Shown here one piece after another: positions 32,143 to 46,499 of a stretch of DNA of 64,000 nucleotides (the stretch's first letter is position 1; the number at the start of each line of letters is the position of its first letter). The position numbers were made by a program, and so were the translations under genes. The DNA is taken from NCBI RefSeq assembly GCF_009914755.1, contig NC_060944.1; one strand, written 5' to 3'. This DNA is from the human T2T-CHM13v2.0 reference genome, Homo sapiens. The notes below the pieces were generated by a model, which saw nothing but the letters and a program-made list of their open reading frames with translations, ran no database searches and was not told the origin of the DNA.

Positions 32143-32909
32143 TCGGCAAGCATTTATGGAGAGCCTGTGGCAGATTCTGGGGATGCAAAAACTAAATAAA
32201 CTCAATCTATCCCCTCAAGAAGCCCAGAGCCCCTTCAGCAGAGTAAGCACCTAAGTTGCTTTATGAAACATAACAGAAATCATAGAGTTCAAATTCCACT
32301 CTGCCACTTTGCTCATATGACCTCAAGATAGTGACTTTTTACCCCTTTGAACCTTAACTTTCTCATGAATACAATGGAGATGATAATCTCTGCCTCTGAA
32401 GATTCGATGAGATCAGAAAGGTAGAGCACTTTTTAGAGAGCCTGGCACACAGCAGGCATTCAAAATACTCTTCTTATTAGTCTACGTGGGAACTGGGGAA
32501 GTTTCTTGGAGGCTTCTGGGCTTGACATAAAAGGATGAAAAGAATTTGGATGTGTGAGATTGGAAGAGGAGAAAGGGAATTCTGGGCAGAGGGTACGGTA
32601 AGAGCAAAGGCAAAGGGGCAGGGAAATTTAGGGTTCATCGAGGAGCCAGTGAGAGAGGTGTGCCTCCCTGAGCATTTCCCTCCCTGAGCATTCTCCTGGC
32701 AGCAGGTTCCAGAGACTGAAAAGGACAGGGACAGGGTGGGGTGGGGGTGATTGACAGGCTCAGAGGGGTGAGGACCTGCAGTCCAAGTGACCCAAATAGC
32801 CACGGGCAGAGAGAACTGGGTTATGTGCATTAATCTCCACCCCGGGCAGGCTCCCCTCCAACCTCTATCTGGGCTCTCGGGCCTTGCTGGGTGGGAGGAA
32901 GATTGTTTT

Positions 32910-33810
32910 GACACTTGGATGTCGCTTGGGCTTCTCAAACTTAACAAGGCCAAAGAGCTCTTGATCCCCCACTACCTGCTCTGTACTATGTTTTGCCTTT
33001 TTTGGCAAATGGTGCCTCCATCCTCCCAGATCTTCAGGCTGTGACCCAAGAGCCCTCCTCGACTCCTTTCTGTTCATCTGCAAATCCCATGGGTTCCACC
33101 TTCAAAGTAGTCTGAGCACTTCTCCTGCCTCCCCGATCATCACCCTGGGCCAGGCCCCTGATGTATCCTACCAGGACTGTTACAGTGGCCTCCTCACTGC
33201 TGTCCCTGTGCTGTCCCTATGTCCTCCCTCACCCCCGCAGTCTGTTTTCCAATCAGAACACTCTTTTTAAAGCATGCATTGATCCTGCCACTGCCCTCCT
33301 CAAAAGCCCCCAGTGGAGTCCCAGTGCACCTGGAATGAAAGCCAGCGCCTCACACAGCCTTCAAGACCCTGTCTGATCTGGCCCCGGCTACCTCTCTCCA
33401 CTCACATCCACCAGCTGAGCTAAACCTGCTGCAGCCACTGGCCCTGCTGCTCCTCCAATATCCCAGACTGGGTCCAGCCTCAGGGCCTTTGCACTTACAG
33501 TTCCTGCCAGGAATGCTCCTCTCCTAGATCTCTGCAGGTCTTTCTTATCTTTCAGCGTTCAGCTCATCCGTTATCCCCAGAGGGACCTCCCTGGCCACCC
33601 TAGCCACTTTATCCTCATCTATTATCTCATGACCCTCTTTCAGGGTTTTGGAAGCACTCATCATTTCCTTCTTGACTTGGTAATTGTCTCATTCACTAGA
33701 ATGAAGTTTCCCTGAGAGGACAGGAACTATGTCTGTCTTGATCCCTGTGCAACACTAGCTGCCTGTTACACAGTAGGTACTCAGTAAATGTTTGCTGGAT
33801 GAATGAATAC
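32910..33810 (+). mobile_element. L2a-like, about 0.9 kb of the 3' region
   Basis: CACTTGGATGTC...CTCAAACTTAAC...CAGGGCCTTTGCACTT...CAGTAGGTACTCAGTAAATGTTTGCTGGATGAATGAAT. Confidence 0.85.
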
Positions 33811-35770
33811 ACAATACCTTCCCTAGTGGGGATGTTGAAGCGACCTCTCATAACTAGAAACACACTCAACGGGAGCATTTTCGAGACATCTGAGTGGTGT
33901 GGCCCCTGAAGATCATGGGAGCTACCACACCCACTGTACAGATGTGGAAGCTGAGGTCCAGAAGGAAAGGGAAGGAACGGGGCCCCAGGCACATAGCCCT
34001 GCCAGAGCAGAACCAAGGCTGGGACCCAGATCTTCTGCCCCTCAGCCTCTCAGGCAGGCACTGGTTCCCAGTCCTTGCCTCATGGAATCTTCCTGAAAGC
34101 CCCCGAAGTTTGCAGATCTGCCCTACTTCAGCCGCTCATCTTCCCCTGCTCCACGTGGAGAGCTCTTCTAGATGGGTTGGTTTCTGGAAAGCCCACAAGG
34201 AAGGAGGGAAATGCAGCCTTTCCCCTCTGGCGCCTGTTTCCCTTGGTAACTGTGGGGTATGGGCTGTGGGCAGGTGTGGGTGTGGAGAGGAGAGATCTCC
34301 AGGGTAGGGGTTTGTGCTGCCTCCAGGGCCACAGCCAAGGGTGGCCCAGCCCCAGATGCCCCTACCAGCCTCTTTCCTGCATCCTGCCAGACCCTGGCTG
34401 CCGGGAGCTCTCATTATGCCATTGGCAGCCACATGACCCTCCCTCGACCTCACGAAGATTCTGGATGGGAGTTCAGGCCATATTCAGGCAGGGTCAGGCC
34501 ACAGTTCACAGCTCAGTGTGGTCATGTAGCTTTGGAATGGCTTCTTCTCTCTGTGAGCCTCAGTCTCCCCATGAGTAAGATGGAGCAAAACCCAATGACA
34601 TTGCAGGGAAATAAAAAGGAAAATCTTCTTGCTACCACAAGAAATATCAGCAACCACAGTTTGAGCACCTGCTGCATGCACTTGCCTAAGTACTTTAATT
34701 GTAGCTTTCAAGCCTTCTGGACTGGGGACCAGAGTAATAAATATAGTTCTAAAAAAAAAACCCGGCGAGTACACATACCCTGAAATAAACGCTCCACCCA
34801 CAAGACGTATCCCCATGATGATAATGTACTCTGATACTTTCTGTTCTTGGGTTTTCAGTGGTGGTTGTGATCCCTTAGATTGATTTTATGACCATCAGTT
34901 TGAAAAGCACTGTGTTAACTCATTTAAACCTCACAAAACCCTATAAGAGAAGAACTATTAATATCCCCATTTTATAGATGAGGAAGCAGCTTCAGAGGTT
35001 GCGTCACTCTCCCCAGTAAGTGATGGAGCTCAGAGGCCACCGCAGTGCTCATATCCTTAAGCATGGTGCATGGCTGCCCCTTTAAGTGCTGGACCTGGGT
35101 AAGAGGGGCCCCCTCCTGCCACAGGGCAGATGGAAACCTTTCCTCGATCCTCTGGCAACTTCCCTTCCTTGGCTCCGGGCAACTCCTCTTTTGGTTTTCC
35201 TAAGCAAGATGTCAGGTTAGTAAAACAGATCCCAGAGTTTAATTAAAATAATGAGTGGTATTAGAGGAAGGATGCCAGGGCCAGCCAGAGGGAGAAAATG
35301 AGTTACGGTTTTGTTCATGGAGAGGGGCGGAGGGAGAGCACGAGCAGAGGGAGAAAGTCTGTCTGACTCTAGAAAGGCAATAATGTTTCGATGTGGTTTT
35401 GCTCTCACTCTTGTCTCCTCTGACTCCTCCTTCCAGAGAATCCCAAGGATCTTTCTATAAGATCTAATCTTGTCGCTCCTCTGCTTTAGAGTCTTCTATG
35501 GCTCCCCAGTGCCTTCAGAATAAATCCACACTTCTCACTGAGGTTTGAAGGCCCTACGGGATCTGAGTCCTACTAACGGCACCCCTATTGCCATGCAGCT
35601 CCCTGCTTCCCACACCATTCCGATCCCAGAGGTCTCACATGGGCTGTGTTCTCTCCCTACTCCTCTTGCCTGGGCTAACTCCAGCTCTTCCTTGAAGGCC
35701 TGTTTAAATGTCACTTGGGGCATAGAGCTGAACCCAAATGATAATACATGCTTCCTGTGCTCATGGTTCA

Positions 35771-36120
<350 letters not shown>

Positions 36121-37198
36121 AAGACAGATCATTTAAGACAGGGATCAGCACCAGGTGGAAAGGCAAAGGACTAAGCTTTTTGAGGACCATCTGCCCGGCA
36201 CCGTTCAGAATGGCTTGTGTGTATTTACCTGTTGAATCTTGCTCCGGTCTGAGAGGTGGAAGCTCTATCACCTCCACCTCATGAGGGGATGAGCTGGAAA
36301 GTAGGTTGCTCACAGCTTCTCCTGGGTTCCACTTGAGCAGCCTGGCTTTGGAACTCAAGCTGTTAACCATCGCCCTTCACGGTGGCTCCAAACATTGAGG
36401 GGATGGGACAGGCTGGGTAGGTGGTGGGAGAAAGAAGGTGGGGATGCAACTTGATATTCAGTGGCCTGAGAAGGTGACCTGTGAGCTGAACAGTGGGTCT
36501 GGCCATGTAAGGACAGGGGGAAGAATAAGGGAAGCAGCAGACGCCTTGAGAATATAAATACGGCAAAGAGCCCAAGGTGGCTGAAGTGGTGGTCCCGCGA
36601 GTTCCCATCCACCTGAAATGTGATTGGCCCAGGCCAGCGTGGGTATTGGGAGAGGCCATAGCTAAGTCCACTGAAGGAAGCTATTGGGGTGGTGCAGGGG
36701 GTGGGGGCTGTGATGCTGTGAGCCCCAGCCTTGTGACAGAGCCCACGGCTCTTTCCTCTCTGTAGGTGATGCTGGCAAAAGGCCTAGGGGATCCAGCTGG
36801 GGAGGGACTGCCAGTCTTCCCAGCAACCAAAATTTGGGGGAGGACCACGCCTATCTCTTGGAATATCATGTTTTTTCGCTTATCGTATTGGAGGCTTCAT
36901 TCATTCATTCCCTCCCATCTCACCAAATCTCACCTGTCCCCCAAAGTCCTCTCTAACCTCATCTCCTACTACCCTTCTCTCACATGGTCCCATGCAGCCA
37001 CAGTGGCCTTCTTGCTGTTCTCCCATAGATTGAGCTCATTTCTACCCCAGGCCTTTGCACTATAGCTCCCTCTGCCTGGAATGCTCTTCCCCCACTCTGG
37101 GACTGCCCTCCTCATTCAAGCCTCAGCTCCCAGGAAGGGGTTGGTGTGGGCAAAAGGGAGTGCCATTCCTTGCAGACCTCACAATCCCTAAGGATCTT

Positions 37199-37370
37199 TA
37201 TTTTATTTTATTATTGTTATTTTAAAGGCAGGATCTCACTCCATCACCCAGGCTGGAGTGCAGTAGCACAATCATAGCTCACTGCAGCCTCGAACTGCTG
37301 GGCTCAAGGGAACCTCCCGCCTCAGCCTCCTGAGTAGATGTAACTATGGGCAGGACCCAGGCGCCTGGCT
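37199..37370 (-). mobile_element. FRAM/FAM-type Alu monomer
   Basis: Single right-arm-type unit; TSD CTAAGGATCTT at 37188-37198 and 37372-37382. Confidence 0.85.
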
Positions 37371-37399
37371 TCTAAGGATCTTAAACAAGAGTTTTCATG

Positions 37400-37870
37400 A
37401 TATAGGTATAAGATTATTCACTGCAGCATTGTTTATTCGATCAAAAAGTTTGGAAACAACCTCAATGTCCATCAACAGGGAAAAATTAACTCAACAGAGG
37501 GTCATTTATATGCAGCTGTAAATATGAACACTATGCAGCTGTAAAAAGAACAGAGATGGCTCAATATGCATAAATAGGGAACAGTCCCCGAGGTATGCTG
37601 TTAGCAAGCAAAGCACCGCGAGAACAGAATGTATAACAAACTCCCATTTCAATAAAACAAGGAAAAAAGAATATGTACATATATGCATTCACTTATATAT
37701 GGATATGTTATTTGTGGAAGCGATCACAGGAAATTGGTAACAGTGGCTGCCCCTGGGGAGGAGGACGGGGTGGCTGGGGGACAGGGTGGGAGAGAACTTT
37801 TCACTGTGTGCCCTTTTGAACACTTTGACTTTCATACTAGGGAAATATAGTAGCTATTCAGAAAACTGAC
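37400..37870 (+). mobile_element. Old L1 (L1ME-like) 3' end
   Basis: TTCACTGCAGCATTGTTTA...TGGAAACAACCTCAATGTCCATCAACAGGG...AACAGTGGCTGCCCCTGGGGAG. Confidence 0.75.
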
Positions 37871-39179
37871 ATTCCAGTATTTTTAGAATTTTGACCTTAT
37901 CTCTAAATGGGTTAGGTACACAAACAGGGACAGAATGATAACAACGAAAAAAGACTGCATTCCTCAAACAACACTACCCCTGCATCCCTTACTGAACCAC
38001 TCCTAGAGAATGCCATGGGTTTAAAATACGAATATATAAACAAATCGAATAAATCCTGGGGTTATCTTGTGAGTTATGTGAGTTACACATTTATATTATG
38101 TTGTGATTTTATGCAGGTTGTCACGATTTGCTCAATGTTACATCTTAAATGTACTGCAACTTTAGGGATGTCTTCATTTTGTTGTTGTTTTCTTTATAAA
38201 TTAATATTCCAGGAGTCTCAAAAAAATAGAAGTCTTCCAGGCTTCTCTCCGCTGGAGGGACCCTGTCCCAATTCTCCTTAGGGAGTGAAAGAGACAAGGG
38301 AGGCCCGAGAACAGGGACAGTAAACCCGAGTTCTCAGGAGGAACAGCAGCCCACAGTCCCAATTTAGGTGCTCCCAGGGGATGGGGACAGGCTGACCAAG
38401 GCACAGAGGCAGGGCCAGGCCTACCCCTGGGGATGTAGATCTGCTGAACATGGGCAAGAGAAAATTCCCACCCTGTGAAGCTGGTCTTGCTGCGGACTGG
38501 AGGGGAATGTCTGTGGTTTTTAAGCTGTCTCCTCTGGAAACAGCATCTCACAGCGCCGAGCTAGGAGTGCTACCCAGTTCTGAACAATTCCAGAGCCCAG
38601 GCTTTTTAGCCACTAAATCAAAGTGAGAGATGTTGACTTAGTGTAGCCATGGCCTGATCTGAATCGACGTTAAAGTTTCCCAACAGCCCATGAGATGGTA
38701 GAAAGGATGAAATGATACTATTAATAATGTACACACGCTTAACTCATTCATGACCATCCCCCTGCGCTGGCTTCAAACCCTGTGTCCAGCCTGTATCTCA
38801 CTTGATTCTCCCAGCCACCCTAGGAGGTAGCAGTGTTGGTTTCATTATTCCCACTTTACAGACAAGAAAGCTGAGGTTCCGAGTGGGGAAGGAACTTGTC
38901 TAAGGTCACAGAGCTAAGGAGTGTCATGCATAGAGTAAAAGTCTCCAATCCAGAGCTCCCTCTGATTCACCACCTGGGGAAGCCAGGGGTGGGCCTAGCT
39001 CGGTGCCTCAGTGCCCACGGCATGGATGGGAGAGGCCCCTCATCACCAGGCAGGCAGAGTGCAGGGCAGAGGCGGATGACTCTAGTCTAGACTGTCCTGC
39101 TGAGGCTGGTGATGGGGGAGGCTCGCTGAGCCACCAGCTACAGGGAGTCTCAGAATATCTACCACATCAGCAAGACCTT

Positions 39180-39965
39180 CCAGATCTGCCTGCAGGAGGC
39201 ACCTGGAACATGCCCACCTCTCACCACCCCCAGAGATCTGCCCTGGGCCAGGCCACATCCTCTTCTACCTGAATGATTGTAGTTGCCTCCTCACTGTCTT
39301 TCTGCTTCCATCCTGGCCCGTACAATAAAACACAGTCCATTCTCCAGATTCATCCATACGGATCCTGTTAGAACCTAAGCCAGACCAGGGCACTTTTCTT
39401 TGCTCAAAACACCTCCCTATCTCCCAGCATACTGAGGACAACAGCCAAAGTCCTTAGAACAGCCCACAAGGCTCTGCAGGGCCTGGCCCCTCCGTATCTC
39501 TCTGGCCTGATCCCCTTTACTCCTCCCCTTGCTCACTCCCCTCCAGCCATGCTGGCCTCCCCTCTGTTCCTGGAGCACAACAGGCATGGTCTGGCCTCAG
39601 GGCCTTTGCACTTGCTGTGCCCTCTGCCTAGAACACTCCAGCCCCATATATAGGCCTGTTTCCTTTCTTTGTGTCTTTCAGGTCTCTGCTTAAATCTCAC
39701 ATCCCCAGAATGGCTCTCCCTGACCACTCTATTTCAAATGGCACCCACACCCCATGAATACCAGTCCCCTTACTCCTGACATTTTGCATATATGCAGTGA
39801 TATTATATATTTGTCTCTTATTTCTTTAGTGTTCTCCTTTTGCTTCTAGAATGCAAGCTTTAAGAGCCACAGGTCTTTGTTCTTTTTCTTGATTGTATTG
39901 TTGTGTCCTTCATGCCTAGCAAGGGGCTGGCATACAGTAGACACAAATTAAAGAACAAACAAATG
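39180..39965 (+). mobile_element. L2 3' region
   Basis: CTCCAGCCATGCTGGCCTCC...CCTCAGGGCCTTTGCACTTGCTGTGCCCTCTGCCTAGAAC...CTGGCATACAGTAG. Confidence 0.85.
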
Positions 39966-40994
39966 AGTTCCAGGTCTCCAGGCAGACTCCTCAGGACTCC
40001 GGGACAACAGAGAGTCCTCTGAAATGTCTCATGAATCTCTCTCTCCATGAAAGGCAAACCCAGCATTACACCATGGGTTGGGCAGTTTATGGCCACATGT
40101 CCAGGTGGCTGTAGCAACAATACTCATTAGTCAGTGTATTTTTGTGGTTGAAGGCAAGGTACACTCTGTTTCCTCAAGGTAGTCAAACAAACACCATGAG
40201 AACTATGTGGAGCTTGAAGGAAACTGTGAGCTCCAAACTTTCCTGCCAGAAAAGGAAACCAAGGCTAAGAGAAGTAAAATACCTTGCCCAATGTCTCTCA
40301 CCACTAAGAGGAAAAGTCAGCCCTCAAACTCTGGTCTTCTCACCATGAAGCCAAGAAAAGATCCTCAGAGGACACTGGCACTGGTGATTTGTTGTTAAGA
40401 CAACCATGCAGATAAGCACAGCCCTGCTGATCAGGGCCTGAGAAAAACAAGGATTCTAGGTCTTCCAAACAACAAAGGTGGCCAGTCATGCAGCACCATG
40501 AGTTCAGGGTGAGGTTACAACTCATTGTCAATGTGTTCCTGGAAGACATCCAGAGAGCTCTGGACATTTTCTCCTAAAAGCTTTGGTGAGAGGAGAGGGA
40601 AGACGTGTTTGGAAACATTCTCTGGACTCCATTAAAGCAGATGTTCTCGGGACCCAGGCCACCATGTGCATGATGTCCTGCTGACTCACCTGTGGGTCTC
40701 CCCAGTTCGGAGAAAACACGTGGCCAAGGCTGGGCAAGAAGGTCTGGATTTCCTGCACAGCCCTTCAAGGAGGTGGGGGGTAGGGACACTGGCCTGAGGA
40801 CAGAGAACAGACAAGCTGGGGAACCACTTCACATTTGGCCTGCTAGGCCACGTGACATTTGGCCGAAACCAACTTTGGCCAATGTGAAGTTCTAAGAAAT
40901 ATCTTGTTCTGGGATGAGCACTTATGGTGTAACAGTCCTGCAGAGCATTTTCTTCCAAAACCTTCTGGCCTACTGACATGCCATGGACTTGCCA

Positions 40995-41451
40995 ACCATG
41001 TGAGTCTCAAAACATAATCCCCACATTCTCTGCCATTCCTCCATCAAGAGACAAGGCTTTTGTCTCTTCCCTTTGAGTTTGGGCTCTGCAACTGCTTGTT
41101 CAGTAGAATATGGCAGAAATGACCCAGTGCCAGTTTCAGGACCCAGACCTTGAGAAACTGGTATCTTTCACTTCCTGCTCATTGGTATGATCACTCTTGG
41201 AACCAGATGCCTCCTGTGAGGAAACTCAAGCCACCTCATGGAGGGGAACTGTCAGACAGCAACATCTTTCCAGCCCTGCGAGCAAGTGAGCCCCAGTTGA
41301 GCCGCCCCGGTGGAGGCTGTGTGCAGAGCAGAAATGAACCAGGCCTGTCCATCCTGGCCCACACTGCAGATTCACGAGCAAATAAATGTTTTGTTTTAAG
41401 CCACTAAGTTTTGGAGGGTGGTGTGTTATGTGGCTGTAGAGAAATAGAACA
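40995..41451 (+). mobile_element. MaLR LTR (MLT1F/G-like)
   Basis: CTCCATCAAGAG...TAGAATATGGCAGAAATGAC...GCAGATTCACGAGCAAAATAAATGTTTTGTTTTAAGCCACTAAG...AGAACA. Confidence 0.82.
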
Positions 41452-41956
41452 TCTTCCCAACTGGGAAGGAATTTCCTGGGCCCTGCAGGAACCCAATCCA
41501 GATGTAGGATTTTAATAATAACAGAGAGGCCTGGGGTTATTTTAAGGAAGACCAATAAATCAGGTCAGGAAACATCATCTGCTGACTTCCCTCTGGCACT
41601 CCCTAGCCTTGTCAATGAGAATAGCTGAGAACAGTCTAGGAGTCTTCCCTATTTGAGATAGAATCCTCTGCTAATCAAACACACCTCGGGATCCTCTATG
41701 GCCAGGGTGGAGGTGGCAAAAGTGGAGAACAAATGTTTTCCCTTAATTCAGGATCTTATATATTTTTCACAGAATGTGGAATTACCTGGTGGCTATCGTC
41801 CTACTTGGACTATCAAAGGAAATAAGGCCGCTCTATAGGCAAGCATCAGAAACCTCTCCTTCTATTCCTTTCCTGTTTTATTTATTGTGTGGGGCTGCCA
41901 TGGAGATGGAGCTGGGAAGAGACAGGGGAAGTTCAGCCTACAAAATCTTTGTGAAG

Positions 41957-42428
<472 letters not shown>

Positions 42429-42714
42429 TGAATGCCTCTTTTTGTTGGAGTAGGGTTTGGACTGGTTCTTTGCTTGCTTTTCATCAAAGTGGGTTTGTCA
42501 TGTGATTTTAAAAGTCTCTAAAACTCTGCCTGCCAAAGTATCCATCTGTCTTATTTTATGTTAGCTAGAACACCCCAAGGGGCCAGGATGGCAGGACAAG
42601 CTCCAAGGGGTGATGTGGGCAATAGCAGTCAATGTCTGCTCTACACTTGATGGTGCACAAGAGCTTTTATTCTCATGATCTTGGAATATCCTTTCAGGAA
42701 TCCAGTGAAGGTGA

Positions 42715-43148
42715 CTGGACAAAAACTATGGTATGCCTGTACAAAGGAATACTACTCAGCAATAAAATGGAGTGAGCTACTGATGCATGCCACACCATGG
42801 ACGGACCTCAAAACCATGATACTGAGTGAAGGCAGCCAGATGCAAAAGGCCACACACTGTATGATGCCATTTACGTGAAATGTCCCAAAGAGACAAATCC
42901 ATAGAGAAAGAAAGCAGCTTGGTGGTTGCCTGGGCCTGGGTGAAAGGGGTGTGGGGAGTGAATGCAAATTGGCATGGGGTTTCTTTTGGAAATGTTCTGA
43001 AATTGGATTGTAGTGATGGCTGCACAATGCTGTAAATTTACTAAAAATTATTGAATTGCACACTTAAAATGAATGAATTTTATGGTATAAAGTTCCATAA
43101 GGCTGTTTAAAATTTTTTATGGTATAAAGCTATTTAAAAAAAAAAAAA
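42715..43148 (+). mobile_element. Old L1 (L1MB-like) 3' end
   Basis: GGAATACTACTCAGCAATAAAA...ACTGTATGATGCCATTTA...GTAAATTTACTAAAAATTATTGAATTG; A tail. Confidence 0.87.
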
Positions 43149-43457
43149 GAACAGAGGGGAGTCAGAGGGAGGGGACAAGGGGTGGAGGGTGGAGTTGTTA
43201 GAGCTTCATGGGGCATAGGAGATAAATGGATATGTACTGGCTGGAAAGGATAGAAGCTGTGATTTTCTTAGTCACCTAACTGGGGAAATCCCAGAACAGG
43301 AGGCCTCTGAGTTCCTACTAGCTGACAAGTGATAAAAGCTGAGAGTAATAATGACAAGTGCTAACACTGATTAAGTGCCAGGCACATGCCAGGCAACTAT
43401 ACAGAGCATGTTACAGGTATGAACCCATCTGCTCCTCCAAGAAGCCCTTTGAAGTGG

Positions 43458-43983
43458 TATTGGGAGATAATTCTCCATGGGTCTCTCCAAGGTCTGCATG
43501 TCTTCAGCTCAAAAGACACTGAGACCTTTGTTCTAGACTATCATCTCAAGGACATCTGTGTAGCAAACACACTTGGAGGACAGAGACAATATCTCTCTCT
43601 GGAGCAGAAAGAAGAGGATAGAGTTGTTTCCCAACCAGTACAATAATGTCTCTATCTGAGGCAAAGGCTAGACAGGTTTGGCAATAGCCCCTTTATAAGA
43701 TTGCAGGTTTCCTAAGCTCTGGGATCCTCCATTGAGACACAGATCTGCTGCTGTGTGTGCAGAATCCATTTGGGTTGTTTTCATTGCTCTCATGGAACTT
43801 GGGAGACAATTAGAACTGACGCAAATATGAAGCTTGTGCTGCTTGCTATACTGTGACTAATAAAGTCCTTTGTCTCTGACCTGGGATCTCGTGTCTTCTG
43901 CCGTCATGTATGGCATTGTGGCAGGCTAACTCATTAGCTTGTGAGCAGTGCAAAATCTCGGACCCTTCGTAGTTCTTCCGTCA
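43458..43983 (+). mobile_element. ERVL solo LTR (LTR40-like) inserted in a MIR
   Basis: TATTGGGAGATAATTCTCCATGGGTCTCT start; CTAATAAAGTCCTTTGTCTCTGACC poly(A) region; MIR halves at about 43350-43457 and 43990-44090. Confidence 0.72.
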
Positions 43984-44377
43984 TACTCACATCACCCCTG
44001 TTTTACAGATGAGGACTTTGAGGCCCAGAGAATTGAAGCTTCTTGTTCAAGATCACACAGCTAACAAGTAACAAAGCTAGGACTGTTACCCAGACCGATT
44101 GGGAAAGGAAGGAGAGATGAGTAGGGGATTGGAGAAGAGAACCGCTGGAAATGACAGGAGCTGAAGGCCCCAAAGGTACACAGAAGGTCATGCCTCTCAG
44201 CTTCCCAAACCCACACACCCCCAGATGCTGCCTGTCCCTACATCCGGCTGCTGGGGCTGAGCAGCCAATTTGGGACGACCGTGATATATTTAACGGTGAG
44301 TCATGCTCTCCCCCAGCAATCAGCAGTGGCAGGCTCGGGAGGATGCAGGGAGCATCTCTGGAAATCCGTGCCTGAGG

Positions 44378-44391
44378 GTCGCCATGACAAC
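44378..44391. promoter_or_regulatory. Candidate RFX X-box
   Basis: GTCGCCATGACAAC, 12/14 to palindromic GTTGCCATGGCAAC; AP-1 TGAGTCA at 44297-44303 nearby. Confidence 0.5.
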
Positions 44392-45339
44392 GCCATCTGA
44401 GTCGCTTGCCAGCAGCTGGGATGCCAGTGCCTGAACCAAGGCACAAAATAGTCTCACAGGCTGAGTGCGGCCGAGGACAGGAGCAGGCCCCCTGCACGGC
44501 ATCCCCAATGGGTTTGCCAGGGATTGATGGGAGGGATGTGAGGACTTGGTGACAAGGGAGATTCATGGGCTCACTGTCCAGGTCACAGTACTCTATGGAA
44601 GCCTGGGGTCCCTGGCTGGTGGGAATGAGCACACTTGGCGTGATGGGTATTTTGGTGAGCACCATCTCTTCCTGCCTTGGTTCTTCTTGGTTTGTCTGTC
44701 TCATAGTTGCTCTCCCAGAGGCCCTGCCCAATTTGAGGCTTCTATCCAAGTGTCACAACCTCTGAAGACTGACAGCAACTTGGGAAGGTAACCAAGATCA
44801 TCTTCCAGGATAATTCTGAAGACTTCAGAACCTAGGGCGAATCAGCCACACCCACACACTAACACCAAATACGAATATCCCATGAAAGCAGCTTGGAATC
44901 CATTCATTCATTCATAAATCCATTCATCACCTTGTCCTCTCAGTTGTTCATTTTAATTAGAACCTGGGTCCTACAGGCCCTATGTAGAAGTGGATTTGGT
45001 TATCCCGTCCTCATCCCCTTTCACTCCCCCTCTCTTATTCTACTCTAGCTCACTAGTCTTACTGCTGTTCCTCAAACATACAGTTGCTTTTCTGCCTCAG
45101 AGCCTTTGCACTTGCTCCTCCATCTGCCTGGAAAGCTCTTCCCCCAGAAGGGAAGCTCTCCCTTTAGGTTTCTGCTCATATGTCACCTTCTCAGAGACAC
45201 ACTACCAAGACCACCCTAGGAGAAAGCACCTAATTCAGCCTCAGTGATAAGGCCAAATATATATATATATATATATTATGTATAATATGACATATATCTG
45301 TGACTTAGTTTCCCCCATCCGTACGAAGCAAAGAGAGAC

Positions 45340-45783
45340 AAGCTGAAAATTGGTGGCCTGTAAGTTGAATCTAACTCACAGACCTGTTTTGTTTGGTTTA
45401 CATAGTGTTTCAAGAACTGAGCAAGTTGCTAACAGTTATAAAGTTGAGAGATTTTGTTTTAGAATGCAAATTTTCAATTTATCTCGAAAAACTAAGGTTG
45501 GGTGTGGTGGCTCATGCCTGTAATCCTAGCACTCTGAGAGGCTGAGGAGGGTGGATCACTTGAGCCCAAGGAGTTTGAGACCAGCCTGGCCAACAGGACA
45601 AAACCTCGTCTCTACAAAAAATACAAAAATTAGCTGTGTGTGGGGGCATGTACCTGTAGTCCCAGCTACTTGGAAGGCTGAGGTGGGAGGATCACTTGAG
45701 GCTGGGAGGTTGAAGCTGCAGTGAGCCATGATCATGCTACTGCACTCCATCCTGGGAGACAGAGTGAGACCCTGTCTCAAAAA

Positions 45784-45815
<32 letters not shown>

Positions 45816-45962
45816 CAAAGAAAAATATTAAGCTGTGCATTCTGCATCTGTAAAAGCAACTGGCTGAGGCATGAGCATTCCAGTGCCAAAGGCCCTATGT
45901 GGACCTCTTCATTCATTTATGTGGCCATGTTCTACCTATGGGAGTCTTTGGGCTTGCAGCCC
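45340..45962 (+). mobile_element. hAT-Charlie relic (MER102-like) split by an Alu
   Basis: GGTGGCCTG...CACAGACCTGTTTTGTTTGG...AGTTGCTAACA...GAGATTTT. Confidence 0.6.
45496..45825 (+). mobile_element. AluJb-like
   Basis: Dimeric Alu with long A/(GAAAA) tail. Confidence 0.93.
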
Positions 45963-46499
45963 AAGTCTCTAATCCGAGGTCTCTAAGGGTCTTTGGTTTG
46001 GGATGGAAAGAGTGTGGCATAGTGGTTAAGAGTCAGGCCGATGGGGCTGCAATCCTCACTCACTTCAGTGTTCACAGCTTCAGTTTCCTCACATGTAGTA
46101 TGGAATCTCAGAGAGTTAATGTGCGAACTGAACAAAACAATGTACCTGGAAAAATGCTTAACACAGAGCCTAGGAAATAGAACACAATAAGTGGAAACTT
46201 AAAAAAGAGCTTTTTCTGGCCTTTAATGACAGTCCATTCCTTGATCTGACTCACTAGGTCTCTTCGATCAGAAATTTGGGAGACAAGGAAGGGCTGTTTT
46301 GCTGCAATTCACTTGATGTCAAAGCAGGAAAGACCTCGGACAAAGCTTCAAGTCTAACCTTTTTTGTTCTCGGGTGAGTAAACCAAGACCAGAGGATGAG
46401 TCTTGCCCAGAAGAGTTTCTAACCATTCTTCCCCCAGGTATTTGTTTCCCGGTGAAATTTGCTTAAAGTTGGAATTGGCTGAGTGTGGGCCAGAGCTAT

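Noticed and set aside
34810-34840. ATGATGA...CTGA resembling C/D snoRNA boxes
   Set aside because: Boxes only about 10 nt apart, no terminal stem; lies in a probable hAT relic.
40455-40577. Short protein-like frame (MQHHEFRVRLQLIVNVFLEDIQRALDIFS)
   Set aside because: Too short, not recognised, no convincing splice sites; could be a decayed LINE fragment or chance.
44003-44749. Longest ORF (248 aa, minus strand)
   Set aside because: No recognisable domain, ends within a MIR, and composition is typical of a chance ORF in GC-rich DNA; no splice or promoter support.
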